Below, in pieces: positions 39,495 through 53,889 of a stretch of 64,000 nucleotides of DNA (positions are counted from its first letter, which is position 1; every line of letters begins with the position of its first letter). The stretch is taken from contig OZ024751.1 of NCBI GenBank assembly GCA_964016885.1, positions 2,852,001 through 2,916,000 on the forward strand, given 5' to 3'. A program made the translations under genes and the position numbers. This stretch comes from Eledone cirrhosa (taxonomy: Eukaryota). The notes below the pieces were generated by a model. That model did no database searches. It saw only the letters and a list, made by a program, of their open reading frames with translations, and was not told the DNA's origin.

Positions 39495-42400
39495 CATACT
39501 CAGAGCAGGCCCGTTCACTCGGACCAGACTCGCCACTTTTGCCCACCTTTCAACAAACTTACTAGAAAACAGCACTTGCCTCTCCACCCTGATTTTCCTC
39601 TTTAAGTGAAACTCGAAGAGGAAAGTGTCCGTCTTCAACCCTTTCAACCTTGTCCACCACACAATCTCTTTCGCTATGAGAACTAGACAGATGAAAACTG
39701 CCTGCCCTTCCTCCTCTTTAAAGGAGGATGGCGGGGCTGTCTTCACAATGGACTCAGTCGATAACCGGATCCGTCCTACACGCGACAGCAACTGTTCGAC
39801 ATAGCTCCACAAGTCAGCAATCCTCGGGTACTGAACGAGTGCGTGGAGGACGGTTTCGGCGCCCAGCGCCATCTCGAACAGGCTCGGCTGACAGCACCTC
39901 CGTGCCTGTAGAGCTTATCCCGAACCGGCAACGCTCCCCGGTAGCACTGCCAGACCAGGGATTTCTGGAGGTTGTCCATAGGCCCCAGGCTGATAGTTCT
40001 CTAGAATGGGCGAACAGCTGATCGTCTTCGACGCCCAGGGTCTCCCCGAGAAGGTCATCGCCCTTCCCCTCCACTAGTCCTCTATAGAACGCCGAGGTGG
40101 ATGTTCCACCGATACTAGTGCCCAGCTTGTAGAGGGCGGTGAGCGCTTGGAGACATTCCAGCTTCCAAGCGCTATCCCTCGGTCTTTTCCTGAACCAGGA
40201 CTGTAGCTCCGTCAAGGAGACGAGCTGGGGAAAAGTGCGTCTGGCAAACGGCGACCACACCTGTTCACCGTCAAAGAAGCACCAGAGATGTCGCAGTCTC
40301 AGCGCACGCTTGCGCATCATCAGCCACGGCATGCCTAGTCCTCCCCAAAACGGCTGTTGGCAGCAGATGGATCGTCTGACCATGGGAGCACGTTCCTTCA
40401 ACAAAAAAGCGGAAGAAAAGGCGCTCCAATTTGGTCAGAGTTGGGCGGAGGCAAGGTACGACGGTGAGGCGGTAGCAGATGACGGACGCGATGTACGCAT
40501 TCGCCACCTCCGCCCGACCTTTCAGAGACAGCCTCCTCTCGGCCCATTTATGGGTGAGAGAGGCCACCCTGCTCATCACCTTGCTCCAGTTTATCTCAAT
40601 CTGGAGGTCCGCACTGAACCAGACCCCGAGCAATTTAACCGGTCCTTCCGTCCAGTGCCCCACGACGCTGTCGGACGGCATGGACTTGCCTCTCCAGGTG
40701 CCGAGTTGCAAGCCTACCGACTTTTCCTGGTTAATCTTTGCTCCTGTCACCGCTTCGTATTCCTTGAGAGAGGTGCCAAGCATCTGGACGTGTCTGGTGC
40801 TCGACAACACCACGGTGACGTCGTCGGTGTAAGCTGATACGGATCTCCCGCACCCCAGTTCGCGTGAGACGCCCCTCATCGTCTCCAGTTTGTGCAGTAG
40901 CGGCTCGAGGGCCAATACGTACAAGAGGGACGAGAGGGAGCAACCCTGGCGGACCGAATGCATGATGCTGAACGGCTGCGTCAGGTAACCTTTCACCCTC
41001 ACAATCGAGCAGATGTCGCTGTGCATTGCAGCGATCCAGCCCCTAAAAACGGGCCCGAAGCCGGCCGCCTCGAAGACCGCAGCCAGGTACCGATGGTCGA
41101 CCCGATCAAATGCTTTAGATTGATCCAAGTTGATCAGGGCCCCACCCATGCCAGGTTCCTTAACCACTCTCTCTATGATGTATCGCATGAGATGGAGTTT
41201 GTCGTGGATTGATCTGTCCAGAATAGCGCATGTCTACGCCTCTCCCACTAGATCACCGACAAGCGCTAACACCTTGGCCAAAATCTTAAACTGTGCGTTT
41301 AGCAGAGTTATGGACCTGAAGTTGTCTATAACGTCCCCCTTGTTAGGGTCTTTTCTCAGAAGCGCCACCATTCCCCGGCTCACAAAGCGGGGAATGCTCC
41401 CGTCCTGCTGCCAGTTGCAGTAGACGTCGCCGAACAAGTCTGGCATATACGCATAAGGTTCGTAGGGCAGACCATCCGAACCTGGCGATTTACCCCGTAT
41501 TTCACCTGATATTATCGGCTTTTCGCAGCACTGCGCTGCGGTCGTCGAAAGCCGCGGCAGTCCGTCGAGGTATGCACTGAAGTTCATACTCCGATCCGGC
41601 CCGAGACCGCTCCCGAACAATTGAGCAAAGTGCTGTTGAAGAGTCGCACACATCTGCCCGGGTTCGAGCAATATACGCCCGTTTTGATCAGGCAAAGACC
41701 GAATTGTAGACATGTTGCCACGTCGCGCCTCCACCACTGGGCCCATTGAAAGGCTTTCGTCTCCTCGTGTCTTAGAGCACGCACTCTAGCTCTGACAACG
41801 CAGCCTTCATGCTTTGCGTTGAAGAATTGGTCGAGTGCCAATCTCGCCGCAAGCTCGTCGGTTACGATGCCTGTCCTAAACACCTCTTCTAGTTTTATAA
41901 CTCTCCCTCTACTCTATTTTCCTCCATCACTACGCCTTTGTTAAACCTTATTGATTCTACTCTAATAGCCATTTTCAGGGTAAACGACCACCTGTTGTTG
42001 ACGATTGCACCGGTCAACGCACGCTTAACTAATTCGCTAATCTGGTCTCTGTAAGCTTTGCGCGCCGGGAACGACGCGTTCAGCTTCCAGTAGCCGCGCC
42101 CTTGCCTATGGAGTCTATCTAAGTCAACTTCACAGATTACAAATCTGTGGTCGTTTAGTCGACTACTATAAATTGTGGACAACCTACACTAGCCTTATCT
42201 GTTTCCCTCAGAATACCCTATCTAAATACGATCTGGATGACCCGATGCGGTTTGCCCATGTCCACATTGGCACATTCGGATAATCCTGTCTATACCTGTC
42301 AGACAGTTGAAAACGTCTGAGCATGTTGCTGAGCCTTTTACACCCTCCTTCCCTGTCTACTAGTACCACATAATCCGAGCGTGCATCTAAGCTACCGTTC

Positions 42401-44700
42401 CAGTCGCCCACTAACACTAAAGAGTGGGCCGTTCCAAGAAAGGTCCCTAGACGTCTGAAGAAATCTGGCTGTCCTGCCCCTGTTGGGGCGTAGATGGCTA
42501 CTAGCCTGAAAGCATTGCCTTCGCTGCCGGTGACGTCCAGCACCACCGACTTACCTTCTGGGTCCAGGAAGATGGCCCGTATGGTGAGATCCAACCCTCT
42601 CCGAAAAAGCACAGCAACTCCTCCCTCCGATCCTGGACGGCTGGGAGATGTGTATACATCGTAGCCGCCGAAGATCGGTGCGAAGGCTCGTGCTTCGGAG
42701 ATTCTGGTCTCGCTGATGGCCACCACATCTATGTTTAGTCACCAGAGGTCGTTGAGAAGGTAACCCTGTTTCCTAGACGACCCCCAGGCCACGTACATTT
42801 ATACTGCCTATTCTAAATACGGCCATGCTCGGTGAGGAACGAGGTAAGTGAGAAAGGATCACTTACCTTGATCGTGTGGGAAAGGTACAGTAGAACCGTC
42901 CCTTCGGCTAGTCATGGGTGTCTCCAAGATGATATCTGTATAGATTCTCTACGCAGTTGGGGAATTTTTGTTTTAATTGTTTGTAATCTTCGAGTTCAAT
43001 TTCCACAATGTTAATATTTTTTGGTAATGTTCTTGTTGTTGGTGGGGTGTGGTAATTTACGTCTGAAATATCAGTGTGCTGTTTTATATTTAATCCTTGG
43101 TGTGCAATGTTTATGGCTGTGTACCTTTTGGGGGAAAGGGTAGTTTTATTGCTGTTTTCTTGTTGTTGCTGTTGGGTGTGTGTGCTTTGTTGTGTTTGCG
43201 ATGTTGCTGTTTGTGGTGATGCTGGTGGTGGTGTGGTTGTTGTTGGTGGTGATGCTTGTGGTGGTGCTGCTGCAAGTCACTTTGCAGCCTTTACCCTTCT
43301 TTGTTTGTCCTCGATTTTAGAGGGCGAAGCTAAGTGGTTCTTTCGTTTTTGTTTTTTGTTCCAGACCTTTTGCCACTTCACTCTCGTTTCATACTCCATA
43401 TCGGATTCCATGGCATCTGGGAGGGGTATGTGCTCCACGGCTGTTGGTGGTGGTAGTATAGCCCTCTCCGGCGATTTTGTTGCTGGTGCAGCTACTGGTG
43501 TTGCCGCCACTGCTGCTGCTGTTTTAGTTGTCCATGGCCTTGGTATGGGTGCCACGGACGTTGCCCTCCTACTCACCGTGGAAGGGTCTTCTGCCTCTGT
43601 TGCCTGCCCTGCTCTTGGTAGCAGTGGATCAGGGGTCGGAAAGAGGGGGCCCTCTTCTTGGTTGTCTTCTGTGGGCAAAAAGCCCTGAGGTAACTCTGTT
43701 GCCCACAGAGATTGCACTTTGGGCGCCTTCCTTCCACGCTTATAGGGAGTTGGAGTCCTTCCTCGAGGTCTATGGGATGGCCTCGATAAACTCTTGGTCA
43801 GTTTGTATTAGCATTTGCATGCCTATACCTGATCAGTTCTCTCTTTCCATTCTCTGTATTTGCAGTATGGTGGTCCTGTCCTCGATTCCAGCAAGGGCAG
43901 ACGCGGCCAGCCAATGTATGGGCACGTCGGGCGGGACCTGAGTCACTTTGACCCTCACAATTTTCTGCCCGCAGTAGGCGGGCATCAAGACTATCTCCTC
44001 ACTCTTTAGGGTTTCCAAAGAGTGAGACTTCGCCTCTTGTGGGGTGACGAAAAGTACGTCTACTGTGGCATACTTTTTGCCTCGGGTGATCTGGGTTTTG
44101 CGCGCCCAGACGCACCCCAAAGCTCTCTCCACCCGATGTGACATGTTGCTTACGGTGCGATAAGTCACCGTCCGTAGCTGTTGGTCCTTAAAAAAATCGG
44201 GTGGAGGTTTCAGGGAAACTCTATTGTCGTTTCTTGACACCATGGCCCTTGCGACTGCCATCTCCTCCTCCGTGACTAGCACTGTTTCTATATTTCGGGC
44301 CACACCTGCGAAAGAAGTGGCCCCTTTTTCAGCGGCACCATTATTGCTGCCGCTACTGCTGCTACTGGTCTTGTTGTTGGTGCTATTGCTGTTGCTACAA
44401 ACGGTGTTGTTGGTGTTGCTGCTATTATCACTGTTGTAGTTGGTTGTGTTTTTGGTGCCACTGTTGTTGTTTTCGGTGCAATTTATATTGTTGCTGTTGG
44501 TGTTGTCGTTGTTTATTTTCTTGTTAGTGGTGTTAATATCGTTGTTGCATTTGTTGTCATTTTTTTCTGCTGTCTGTATTTTGGTTGTCGCTGTTACTGT
44601 TGTGGTAATTTTTTTTAAATTAGTGTTCTCAGTGTTGTTGTCATTGCTGTCTTTCTTCACGTTGTTTGTGGTGGTGTTTGTTGTATCAATTTCTCAACTT
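39495..44700 (-). mobile_element. Near full-length Tx1/L1-clade LINE, decayed (ORF1 ~44660-43277; ORF2 42826-~39500)
   Basis: APE (INVRG, SETR, YAP, GDWN, YLDR, DH), RT (SPGSDGLP, FRSITLLN, DQSKAFDRV, VRQGC.LS, YTDD, GGLG), C-terminal Cys region; several frameshifts. Confidence 0.9.
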
Positions 44701-44901
44701 TTACGCCGTTGTCACATGACAGCAGACATATTGCTGGTGGGGGCGTGGCTGAGCCATGTTTTTTTTTATTTTTTAAAAGTAAAATGTTCAAATATTTGGG
44801 CAAAGTCCAAGGGCTTATATCCATTACACAACAAGAACAATTTAACAACATATAATTATAACAGGTAAATAAAGCGACTTACTGGGATCAGACCAATAAT
44901 A

Positions 44902-45088
44902 ATTGTTTCTACTTTTTGCACAAGGCCAGCAGTTATTCCAGTGTATTACTGGTACTTTATTTTATCGACCCCGTAAGGATGAAAGGCAAAGTGAACCTCA
45001 GCGGGAATTGAACTCAGAATGACAAGGGCCGTAACTCTATGCATCAAAGCATGGCGTCCGACCCTCTACCGATACTGCCAATCCACCA
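44902..45088 (-). mobile_element. SINE family A
   Basis: A box, B box, central domain, tail. Confidence 0.85.
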
Positions 45089-45118
45089 TAATGCTTTCTT
45101 TATTTAACACAAGGGTTG

Positions 45119-45150
<32 letters not shown>

Positions 45151-45547
45151 AATGGTTGTTTGTCGTAATCAACAGGCCACTAATTTTACAAAAAAAAAAA
45201 AAAAAAATCGGCCACTGTTCATCAAACGGAAAAGATTCCCTAACCTTTTCAGCCGGCGGCGCCACCTACATGAGACTCACAGAATTATACATGGATGAAT
45301 GGTTGTCTGGTGGGTCGCTTGGTTGTGTTGTGACGTGTACTTGGTTGGTATTAAGAGTTTGGCGTCTGATGGAATTTTGTTAGTTGGAATGTAAACATTG
45401 GTGTTAGCCTTAATTGTAACGTCTCAAATTTAAAAAAGACAGGACGAAGTTAAACAGTCTGGACAACCTCAGGGCCTTTAAGCTGACAGCAGCTGTCAAC
45501 TAGAGAGGGAAAGAGGGCAAGGGGTAGGGATGGGATGGATGGATGAA

Positions 45548-45590
<43 letters not shown>

Positions 45591-46354
45591 GGGTACTTGT
45601 TGGGTGTGTGAGAAGAGAGTGGAAAGACAAAACTGCACAGAAAAAAAAACCCAGCAAAACATAGCTGTTGGCCAGACATCTCTGGCTAGAGCAACCCGTG
45701 CAATGGTTTGGTGTGGAATCAGGCGCAATTCCACTGGTTAACTGACCAATTTAAATAATGGTGGAGGAAGAGGACGATGGCGAGGGGAAGGCAAAAAAAA
45801 GGGGGGGAGGGGAAGAAGAAAAAGAAGGAGGGAGAGAAATAAGAGGAGAAGAGGAGGGAAAGAAGTAGAAAATGAAGACGAAGAGAAGGAGGAAAAGAAG
45901 ACGAAGATTTAGTCGGTCAAACTGGATGAAGTGCAAAGCTACTGGGGACGAGAGAGAGGAGGGAAGGAGTGGGAAAAGAGGGTGGTTACTCACAAACGGG
46001 GTCTGTCCTACTGATAAGGTAATTAGTAAACACGACAGACAACCAGCCGGAAGTCCACTAGAAATTCAGACCCATCCTTTATTTAGTTATTTATTTTATT
46101 TTATTTTATTTTACACTTCATTTGATTTTATGTTTATTTATTAACCGCTTTACCTATTTAGTTTTGTGACAGACGAAAATGCACACACACACACACACAC
46201 ACACACTGTATATATATACACCCGCACACACACACATATAAATAAATAAATATATATGTATGCATACACACACACATATATATATATATGTATGTTTATA
46301 TATATATATAAATATATATATATACACACACTATATATATATGTATATATATAT

Positions 46355-46400
<46 letters not shown>

Positions 46401-46541
46401 AACATACATATATATATATATGTGTGTGTGTGTATGCACATATGCAAAAGTTCTATTTAAATTGTTGGGATACAACAAGCAAATATTATTATAACTGATA
46501 TAAAGCACTCGGCAAATATTTGGAGTAGATATACAATATTT

Positions 46542-46725
46542 GTTTCTACTTTAGGCACAAGGCCAGCAATTAACCAGTGCATTACTGGTACTTTATTTTA
46601 TCGACCCCGTAAGGATGAAAGGCAAAGTCAACCTCGGCGGGATTTGAACTCAGATCGTAAAGGGACGTAACGATGCTGGAAAGCATGGCGTCCGACATTC
46701 TACCGATACTGCCAATCCACCACCG
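46542..46725 (-). mobile_element. SINE family A, full length with 20-bp TSD
   Basis: TSD TGGAGTAGATATACAATATT at 46522-46541 and 46726-46745. Confidence 0.92.
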
Positions 46726-46737
46726 TGGAGTAGATAT

Positions 46738-47186
46738 ACAATATTAATAAATGGAAACTATATTTATAAAACCATATTTATTTCATTATATATATTTCAA
46801 GGATACCAAGTTAAATCATGGTATGCCTTCATCAGACAAAATACAATATATAACAGTTTTACAAATAGATATTAACGTACCCTTTCAAAAAGGTGACTGT
46901 TGCTTTTGGAGGCCATCCGGATAGTGGTTTGTTTACTTTAGTAAGTCATAGTGTTTTTACTTACTCTTAACGCTATGACTTACTAAAGTAAACAAACCAC
47001 TATCCGGATTGCCTCCAAAGCAACGGTCACCTTTTTGAAAGGGTACGTCAATATCTATTTGTAAAACTGTTATATATTGTATTTTGTCTGATGAAGGCAT
47101 ACCATGATTTAACTTGGTATCCTTGAAATATATATAATGAAATAAATATGGTTTTATAAATATAGTTTCCATTTATTAATATTGTA
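46738..47186. repeat. Head-to-head palindrome with two type I HHRs (- ~46777-46843; + 47080-47144)
   Basis: TATTTTGT-CTGATGA-AGG-C-ATACCA..TGGTAT-CCT-T-GAAA-TATATA-TA-ATGAAATA on both arms; axis near 46960. Confidence 0.85.
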
Positions 47187-47251
47187 TTTATATATATAAT
47201 TATGTTTATATATATATAAATATATATATATACACACACTATATATATATA

Positions 47252-47320
<69 letters not shown>

Positions 47321-47461
47321 TGTGTGTGTATATATATATATATTTATATATATATAAACATATATGTATATATATGTGTGTGTGTGTATGCACATATATA
47401 TATTTATTTATATATGTGTGTGTGCGGGTGTATATATATATACAGTGTGTGTGTGTGCATT

Positions 47462-47516
<55 letters not shown>

Positions 47517-47577
47517 TAGCTGCCCCCTCGTTATCGAGTATGCCCATTGCTGGATATAACATTATTAATAATTATAT

Positions 47578-47756
47578 GATTGGCAGTATCGGTAGAGGGT
47601 CGGACGCCATGCTTTGCAGCATAGTTACGTCCCTTTACGGACTGAGTTCAAATCCTGCCGAGGTTAACTTTGCCTTTCATCCTTATGGGGTCGATAACAT
47701 AAAGTACCAGTAATGCGCTGGGTAATTGCTGGCCTTGTGCCTAAAGTAGAAACAAT
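47578..47756 (+). mobile_element. SINE family A
   Basis: A box, B box, central domain, tail. Confidence 0.85.
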
Positions 47757-48120
47757 TATTAATAATTATAAATTAAGCTATCGTGCAATGCCTGTGCGTG
47801 AAGATTTTTTTTTAAAGTGAGGAAAGACTGCACTGAGCCAATCCCACTCTCTGAGCAGCAGTAGTAGCTATAACCCAAAAAGAAGAAAAGATCAACATCA
47901 TCGGTAACTACTGAGCCCCAGGTTTTATGTCGGAGTTATCCCAGTTTCCTGAGTTGCCTTCTCCTAGAAGAATGCCCTGACAAAGACTAGGGTCCTTTAC
48001 TCCCAGTGGTTTAATCGCGTGATCGGGTATCCAGCCCAATTAATTCTATGTTCCCGCGTTTACACATATGTATACATGTATATATACACACACACACACC
48101 ATATATATATATATATATAA

Positions 48121-48302
48121 TTGTTTCTACTTTTAGCACAAGGCCAGCAATTATCCAGTGCATTACTGGTACTTTAATTTATCGACCCCGTAAGGATGAA
48201 AGGCAAAGTTAACCTCCGCGGGATTTGAACTCATAATGGAAAGGGCCGTAACTCTTTGCGTCAAAGCATGGCGTCCGACCCTCTACCGATACTGCCAATC
48301 CA
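48121..48302 (-). mobile_element. SINE family A
   Basis: A box, B box, central domain, tail. Confidence 0.85.
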
Positions 48303-48308
48303 TATATA

Positions 48309-48552
<244 letters not shown>

Positions 48553-48692
48553 GGGTGGGGATTTTAAGCTTGAACATAGGGCATACATTTTCTTTAATAT
48601 ATACGTGTGTCTGTTTGAGTGTGTATTCATGGGCGTGTTTGTGTGTTTGTGTTTTATTGTTTGTATATTGGAATATACTAAAAGTACACTAA

Positions 48693-48745
48693 ATACACTG
48701 AATGAAGGACTTAGGACTGTATTTAGGGTCAAAATATTTATGTAT
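48693..48745 (+). ncRNA. Degenerate hammerhead relic
   Basis: ATACA-CTGAATGA-AG-GAC..GTC-AAAA-TATT-TA-TGTAT; stem I intact, core mutated. Confidence 0.45.
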
Positions 48746-49204
48746 CTATATATAACTAAAAGTCTGTGATTGCTTGCTTGCTTGTCTAATGTAATACAGC
48801 CAAAAGGGCGTATAATGTGAAAATACTTTGAAAGGAAGTTGACGCTGAAATGGGAACACAAATTAAATAAAACAAGTTTCGCGTAAATCGAAGCACGGAT
48901 TATATACATGTCTGTGTATATTTTAATTCTTTAAAACATTATTTTTAAGTGAACATGATTTTTAAAAATATATCTTGAAGTGAACGTGACCCAACGGTTC
49001 TCGAGTGGTCTAATACTAATAGTGACGATTGACTTTGAAATATCCCGGTGCCACTTGCTTTTCAAAACATTATCTACTAAGATGCTTTAACTGTTATATA
49101 TAGAGTTGGAGTAATTTTGTATAAGGAAGAATTGGATGTTGTAATGAATATAAAGATAAAGGGATAAAAAGGCGGGTAGTGGTGAGCTTTGTTATAGGGA
49201 AGGT

Positions 49205-49420
49205 TTAAACATATGGGAGTAAACCGGGGACTGTCCGGCCGCATCCTCTTCGCACCAGTGGACGTCGGGACCCCTGAGGAACGTCGGTAGTCCGCCTGAG
49301 GAAGGAGTCCCGCGAGATGGGGGTGGCTGTTGCAATGGGTGTCGCTGGCCATTGGCCACAAAAATGCCTTTGCAGAGTTGTCCGCGGGGCGCAGCCCCAA
49401 CACCGCAGCGCCCTAAGAAT
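49205..49420 (+). mobile_element. RLE/CRE-like non-LTR 3' end fragment
   Basis: Translates to ..LFAPVDVG..WLLQWVSLAIGHKNA.., resembling WLFQHISLAI at ~11950. Confidence 0.45.
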
Positions 49421-49862
49421 AGAGTCAACCCTTCCCCCTTCCTCTCCCATTCTTCTCTGACCCTGCAACCCTTGCCTTTCCCTTCATTTTTCGTTTTTAA
49501 ATATCTGTAGTGTTGTTATATGTTGTTATTTGTTTACGATTCTTTTTATTTTTATTAAGAATTGATTATGGCTATAACAACGCATCCAACCTAAATAAAA
49601 GTTACTTATAAATTAATGCAGATTTTTAGACATTAACTCTAAAACAACATATTTAGAATACACTTTAAAGGGAGTGTAGAAAGGCGAGGGAATATCTACC
49701 ACAGTCTTGTTCAGCCTAGTAATAAATGTATTGATTAAGACTTAGGTGATTGATACTCACAATGTCTACCACGGTCCTGTTCAGATCTGACTCATATGAA
49801 CATATAAATAATTTATAATATACGTATATTCATATTTTACAAAAAGGCGTATCCTTATACAC

Positions 49863-49934
<72 letters not shown>

Positions 49935-49982
49935 AAAATAAAAATATATTATCATAATACAAACCGCCTCAATAACCATTAT

Positions 49983-50064
49983 ATCTCTCGGACAGATTAT
50001 CCCTAATCTGTTTCGCCCTGAGTGTGTTTGTAACAGATAATCCTGGGCTTCATCAACGAGAGAT
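49983..50064 (-). ncRNA. Antisense copy of the same HHR with core mutation (TTGATGA)
   Basis: Reverse complement of 50500-50581 except A at 50056 (C3U). Confidence 0.8.
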
Positions 50065-50499
50065 TGCGATTAAATGCCACAAACACTATTTGCCAACGTT
50101 CACACAGAAAGATGAATTTATCACCTCGTGCTCCGCCAGTCAAACGTGGTAAGCGCTTATTGAACAGAAATAACAGTCCAACACGCACAACTTAATAAGC
50201 TCAACTTGTAAGGGAGCAGAAATATATATTTTAGACACACGGTTTACTGTGTTTCTTACTATATATTGTTAATCGGCTCAGTATTTATTTGTACTCTATA
50301 CTTAGAGCTTAATGGTTACAGGGTTCCAATTCATATATATATTTCTGCTCCCTTACAAGTTGAGCTTATTAAGTTGTGCGTGTTGGACTGTTATTTCTGT
50401 TCAATAAGCGCTTACCACGTTTGACTGGCGGAGCATGAGGTGATAAATTCATCTTTCTGTGTGAACGTTGGCAAATAGTGTTTGTGGCATTTAATCGCA

Positions 50500-50581
50500 A
50501 TCTCTCGCTGATGAAGCCCAGGATTATCTGTTACAAACACACTCAGGGCGAAACAGATTAGGGATAATCTGTCCGAGAGAT
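50500..50581 (+). ncRNA. Canonical type I hammerhead ribozyme with full stem III and GUC site
   Basis: ATCTCTCG-CTGATGA-A-GCCC..GGGC-GAAA-CAGATTA/GGGA/TAATCTG-TC-CGAGAGAT; predicted cleavage after C50573. Confidence 0.92.
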
Positions 50582-50797
50582 ATAATGGTTATTGAGGCGG
50601 TTTGTATTATGATAATATATTTTTATTTTTATTTTATCATTCTGTCTGTTTCTTGGTTAAATATTTCAAGCATATGTGGTTTTTCAACCCTTGTAATTTT
50701 AGACACACGGTTTACTGTGTTTCTTACTATATATTGTTAATCGGCTCAGTATTTATTTGTACTCTATACTTAGAGCTTAATGGTTACAGGGTTCCAA

Positions 50798-50916
<119 letters not shown>

Positions 50917-52099
50917 TACAGAATAACCAAAACTATGTTCAAAACATTTTAGTGCTGAGAATCGTTTCTTCCAAACTTTCGTTTGGAATCATCGGAGCAC
51001 TACCAAAGTTTAGACATATATTTAACCTCCTATTCCAAAGAAGAATTGTAAAGACACGTAGATATTACTGTTATCAACTAACAGTGTCATATTTAAAGAG
51101 TGAAGGTGATGTGGTCAGTATAAGTGGATGCGACAAAGATTATAAAAGAATAATATAACAATTATAGAGGAATTAAAGAAGAAAGTTACTCGCAAAATAA
51201 GGACATTAGCAGTACATATGCAAGCGTATAGAAAGAGTGCAGATGTGTTAGGCATGTACAGAATAACCAGGTAAGAAACAAGCAATGGTACTAAGCATAT
51301 ATATCACAGACTGGCAAAGGTATCACATAATACAATACAGGTATAAAAGCATATTAAGCAGACAGAGATGCGTGGGTATGAAAAGTAGTTTCTATGAAGT
51401 TTATGGTGGATGTAGTATGATAATTGTTCCGGTAATGTTCAAATGTGCATGTGTTGTGAGTATTAATATTAAGATTTTCCTTTCCATTACATTGGTTATA
51501 TTTTAGTGAATGTTTATCAGTAGTTACAACTATGGTATATTGGTCCCATTACAATCTTTTCAAGAGTTCGAGTTGTTCTAGAGTGATCTGTCTAACGGTT
51601 TAAATTCAGGAAGTGAATTAAAGATCTATATTAAGGGGAGCTAATGTGAAAGGGAAGGTAATTGGCGATTAATTTGTATATAATAGAAAAAAAATGTATA
51701 GTTGTTTACAGCTCCAATTTGTTAAATTCTATGTGTTAATATACAATATATTATGTTATAAGTGAATCCTTTTATATAATGCTATTTATTTTTTAAATTT
51801 ATATATTTAATTTTAAATACAATCTTTTTCCTATAATACATTAAAGGTCTCATTTTATTACTATCTACCCATATATTAATTAAATGAATAAAATATTAGT
51901 AAGCTATAGTAGTTATATTAAATGGTGGTAACTTTATGTTTATTCCTAATAGCTATTGTAGAGTATAAGATCTGAGATAAATAGGAGGTAAGTAGAGGAA
52001 TGAGCTGATCATAGAATATGATGCTGTGGGGGTAATTATATGCTGATAAAACATAGAGGTGAAGTGTTAATGTTGGTGAGGAATCCAGATCTGACATTG

Positions 52100-53750
52100 T
52101 TATATACTAGCAGCTAGGTTTAAAGTTGTGGAAAGAGTGTCGGTGGTAGTGTTGGCAGAAGGAACAAATTTCTGATTTTCTATTTAAGGGGTTTAGCTTA
52201 GAATAGATTCTAGTGCGGGTCTCTAGAAGACAGAGGTTACATAATTTATTCGGTGGTTTATACGATGCGGCCTTATCTATTACTTCCAATTGAAGTGTAT
52301 ATGGTCTATTCTTAGTTTTCAGATAGTGTATGTAGTTAGATAAAGAAGTGGAGTTGGCTACATGGCGATTTTTGAAAGTGTGGAGATGCGAGTTATATCT
52401 CGTCTTGAAACAGTTCGAAGTAGAAACGATATATGTTTTTGAAGTGTTGTTTGTGCTGACAGTGCATGAATAAATTATGTCTTTGATTAAGCAATTTTTA
52501 CCTAAGGGGCAAGTTCTATTTCAGTTACAGTTAACCTGGTTGATTACTTGCTGGTTAATAGGGTGTGTGGATGCATGGTTGTTAGGGATAGCATTAGGGT
52601 AATGATGATTATCATTCTCATTGTTATTAATTTCATTAGTGCTATTACTATTATTGCTACAAGAATTCTCTGGTACTATGTTGTTATGTAAGTTCACCCC
52701 ATGTTGTGATTTAATTAGTTGGAAATAATTATTAATCTTCCTTTTATTACTACTAGCTATATGGTTCGCGATGCTAGGTGTGGCAGAGTAAGAGATTTTA
52801 ATGGTATTTTTATTGATAAGATTATGGTATTTGTGGCCGACTGGGAAGGTTTTTCTAAGATTGAGAAGAAAGCTTTAGGCAAATTGGTAGAGATGTTTAG
52901 ATTGAAAGGGGGGTTGAAAAATGTATTAGTTCTTCTATTTTTGTTTTTTGTAATGTTATTTTAGGTATTGTTTATATTTCTGTTTATATTATTATTATTG
53001 GGATGTTTATTTTGGTGCGAGTTAAGTTTGATATTACCCTTCGTACTAGAGTTATAGTGGCTAGTACTTTTATTATTTTTCTTCGTGGCCATATTGTGAG
53101 AAATAATGTTGTAACTAGGTGATTTTATAGGTAAGAATTTAATTTCATTTTTATGGCCTGATCGAACTAAGGCCTCTTTATAATATTGGGAATTACTGTT
53201 AAATATGCTTTCATTATATGATAGAGTAGAAATTCTATTTTATATTCCTTTAGTAATTGAGTTTAATATAGATTTAGGGTTGTTAGAGTTGCTATCTACA
53301 TAAAGTAGATGTTCGTTTGGTTTATGAAAGGGTGTATATATTTTAGAGTCCAGGAAAAGGGTAGCATCAAGGAAGTTAACGTTTTTAGTGTTTTTATCTA
53401 AGGTAATACCTAAGTTGAAGTTTTTGAAAATGTTATGTAATTGTTTCCTAGTTCTTTCTATATTAAATGTTTTATAGTCAATAAGTAGTAGTGCGTTATC
53501 GCTGTATAAACTACCATTGAGGTAGGGCAGATTCCTATGAATTTCATTTAAGAGATATAGACCCACCAAATCAGTGACCTGCGCCGAGTCACTAGATCCC
53601 ATAGTTATGTCAAAGTTGTTAGGTGTATCCTTGCGGGTCCATAATTGATCTTCAAATACAATTATGGTTTTACGGGCCGCAAGGATGACATCAATTTGGG
53701 ATCTAGTAAGGTCACTATTGTTCATAGCCATAATTAATGCCTTAACCACC
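52100..53750 (-). mobile_element. Decayed PLE (RT C-terminal half + GIY-YIG), 5' truncated
   Basis: FDITMGSSDSAQVTDLVGLYLL, VNFLD, HKP; IIYSC...TYI, CNLCLLE. Confidence 0.82.
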
Positions 53751-53889
53751 CTAAATCTATATTAAACTCTAAAGGAATATCAAATAGAATTTCTACTCTA
53801 TCATATAATGAAACCTTATTTAACAGTAATTGGCAATACTATAATGAGGCCTTAGTTAGATCAGGCCATAAAAATGAAATTAAATTCTT

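Larger units (their letters stand above)
49930..50792. repeat. Head-to-head palindrome (arms ~49930-50225 / ~50338-50635) of a pLTR-like unit, with an inserted duplicate of the distal segment (~50230-50335 = ~50698-50795)
   Basis: Direct sequence comparison; (TA)n on both outer sides. Confidence 0.85.

Noticed and set aside
45240-45300. Possible host exon after CTAAC..TTTTCAG
   Set aside because: No convincing donor, partner exons or recognisable peptide; needs RNA-seq
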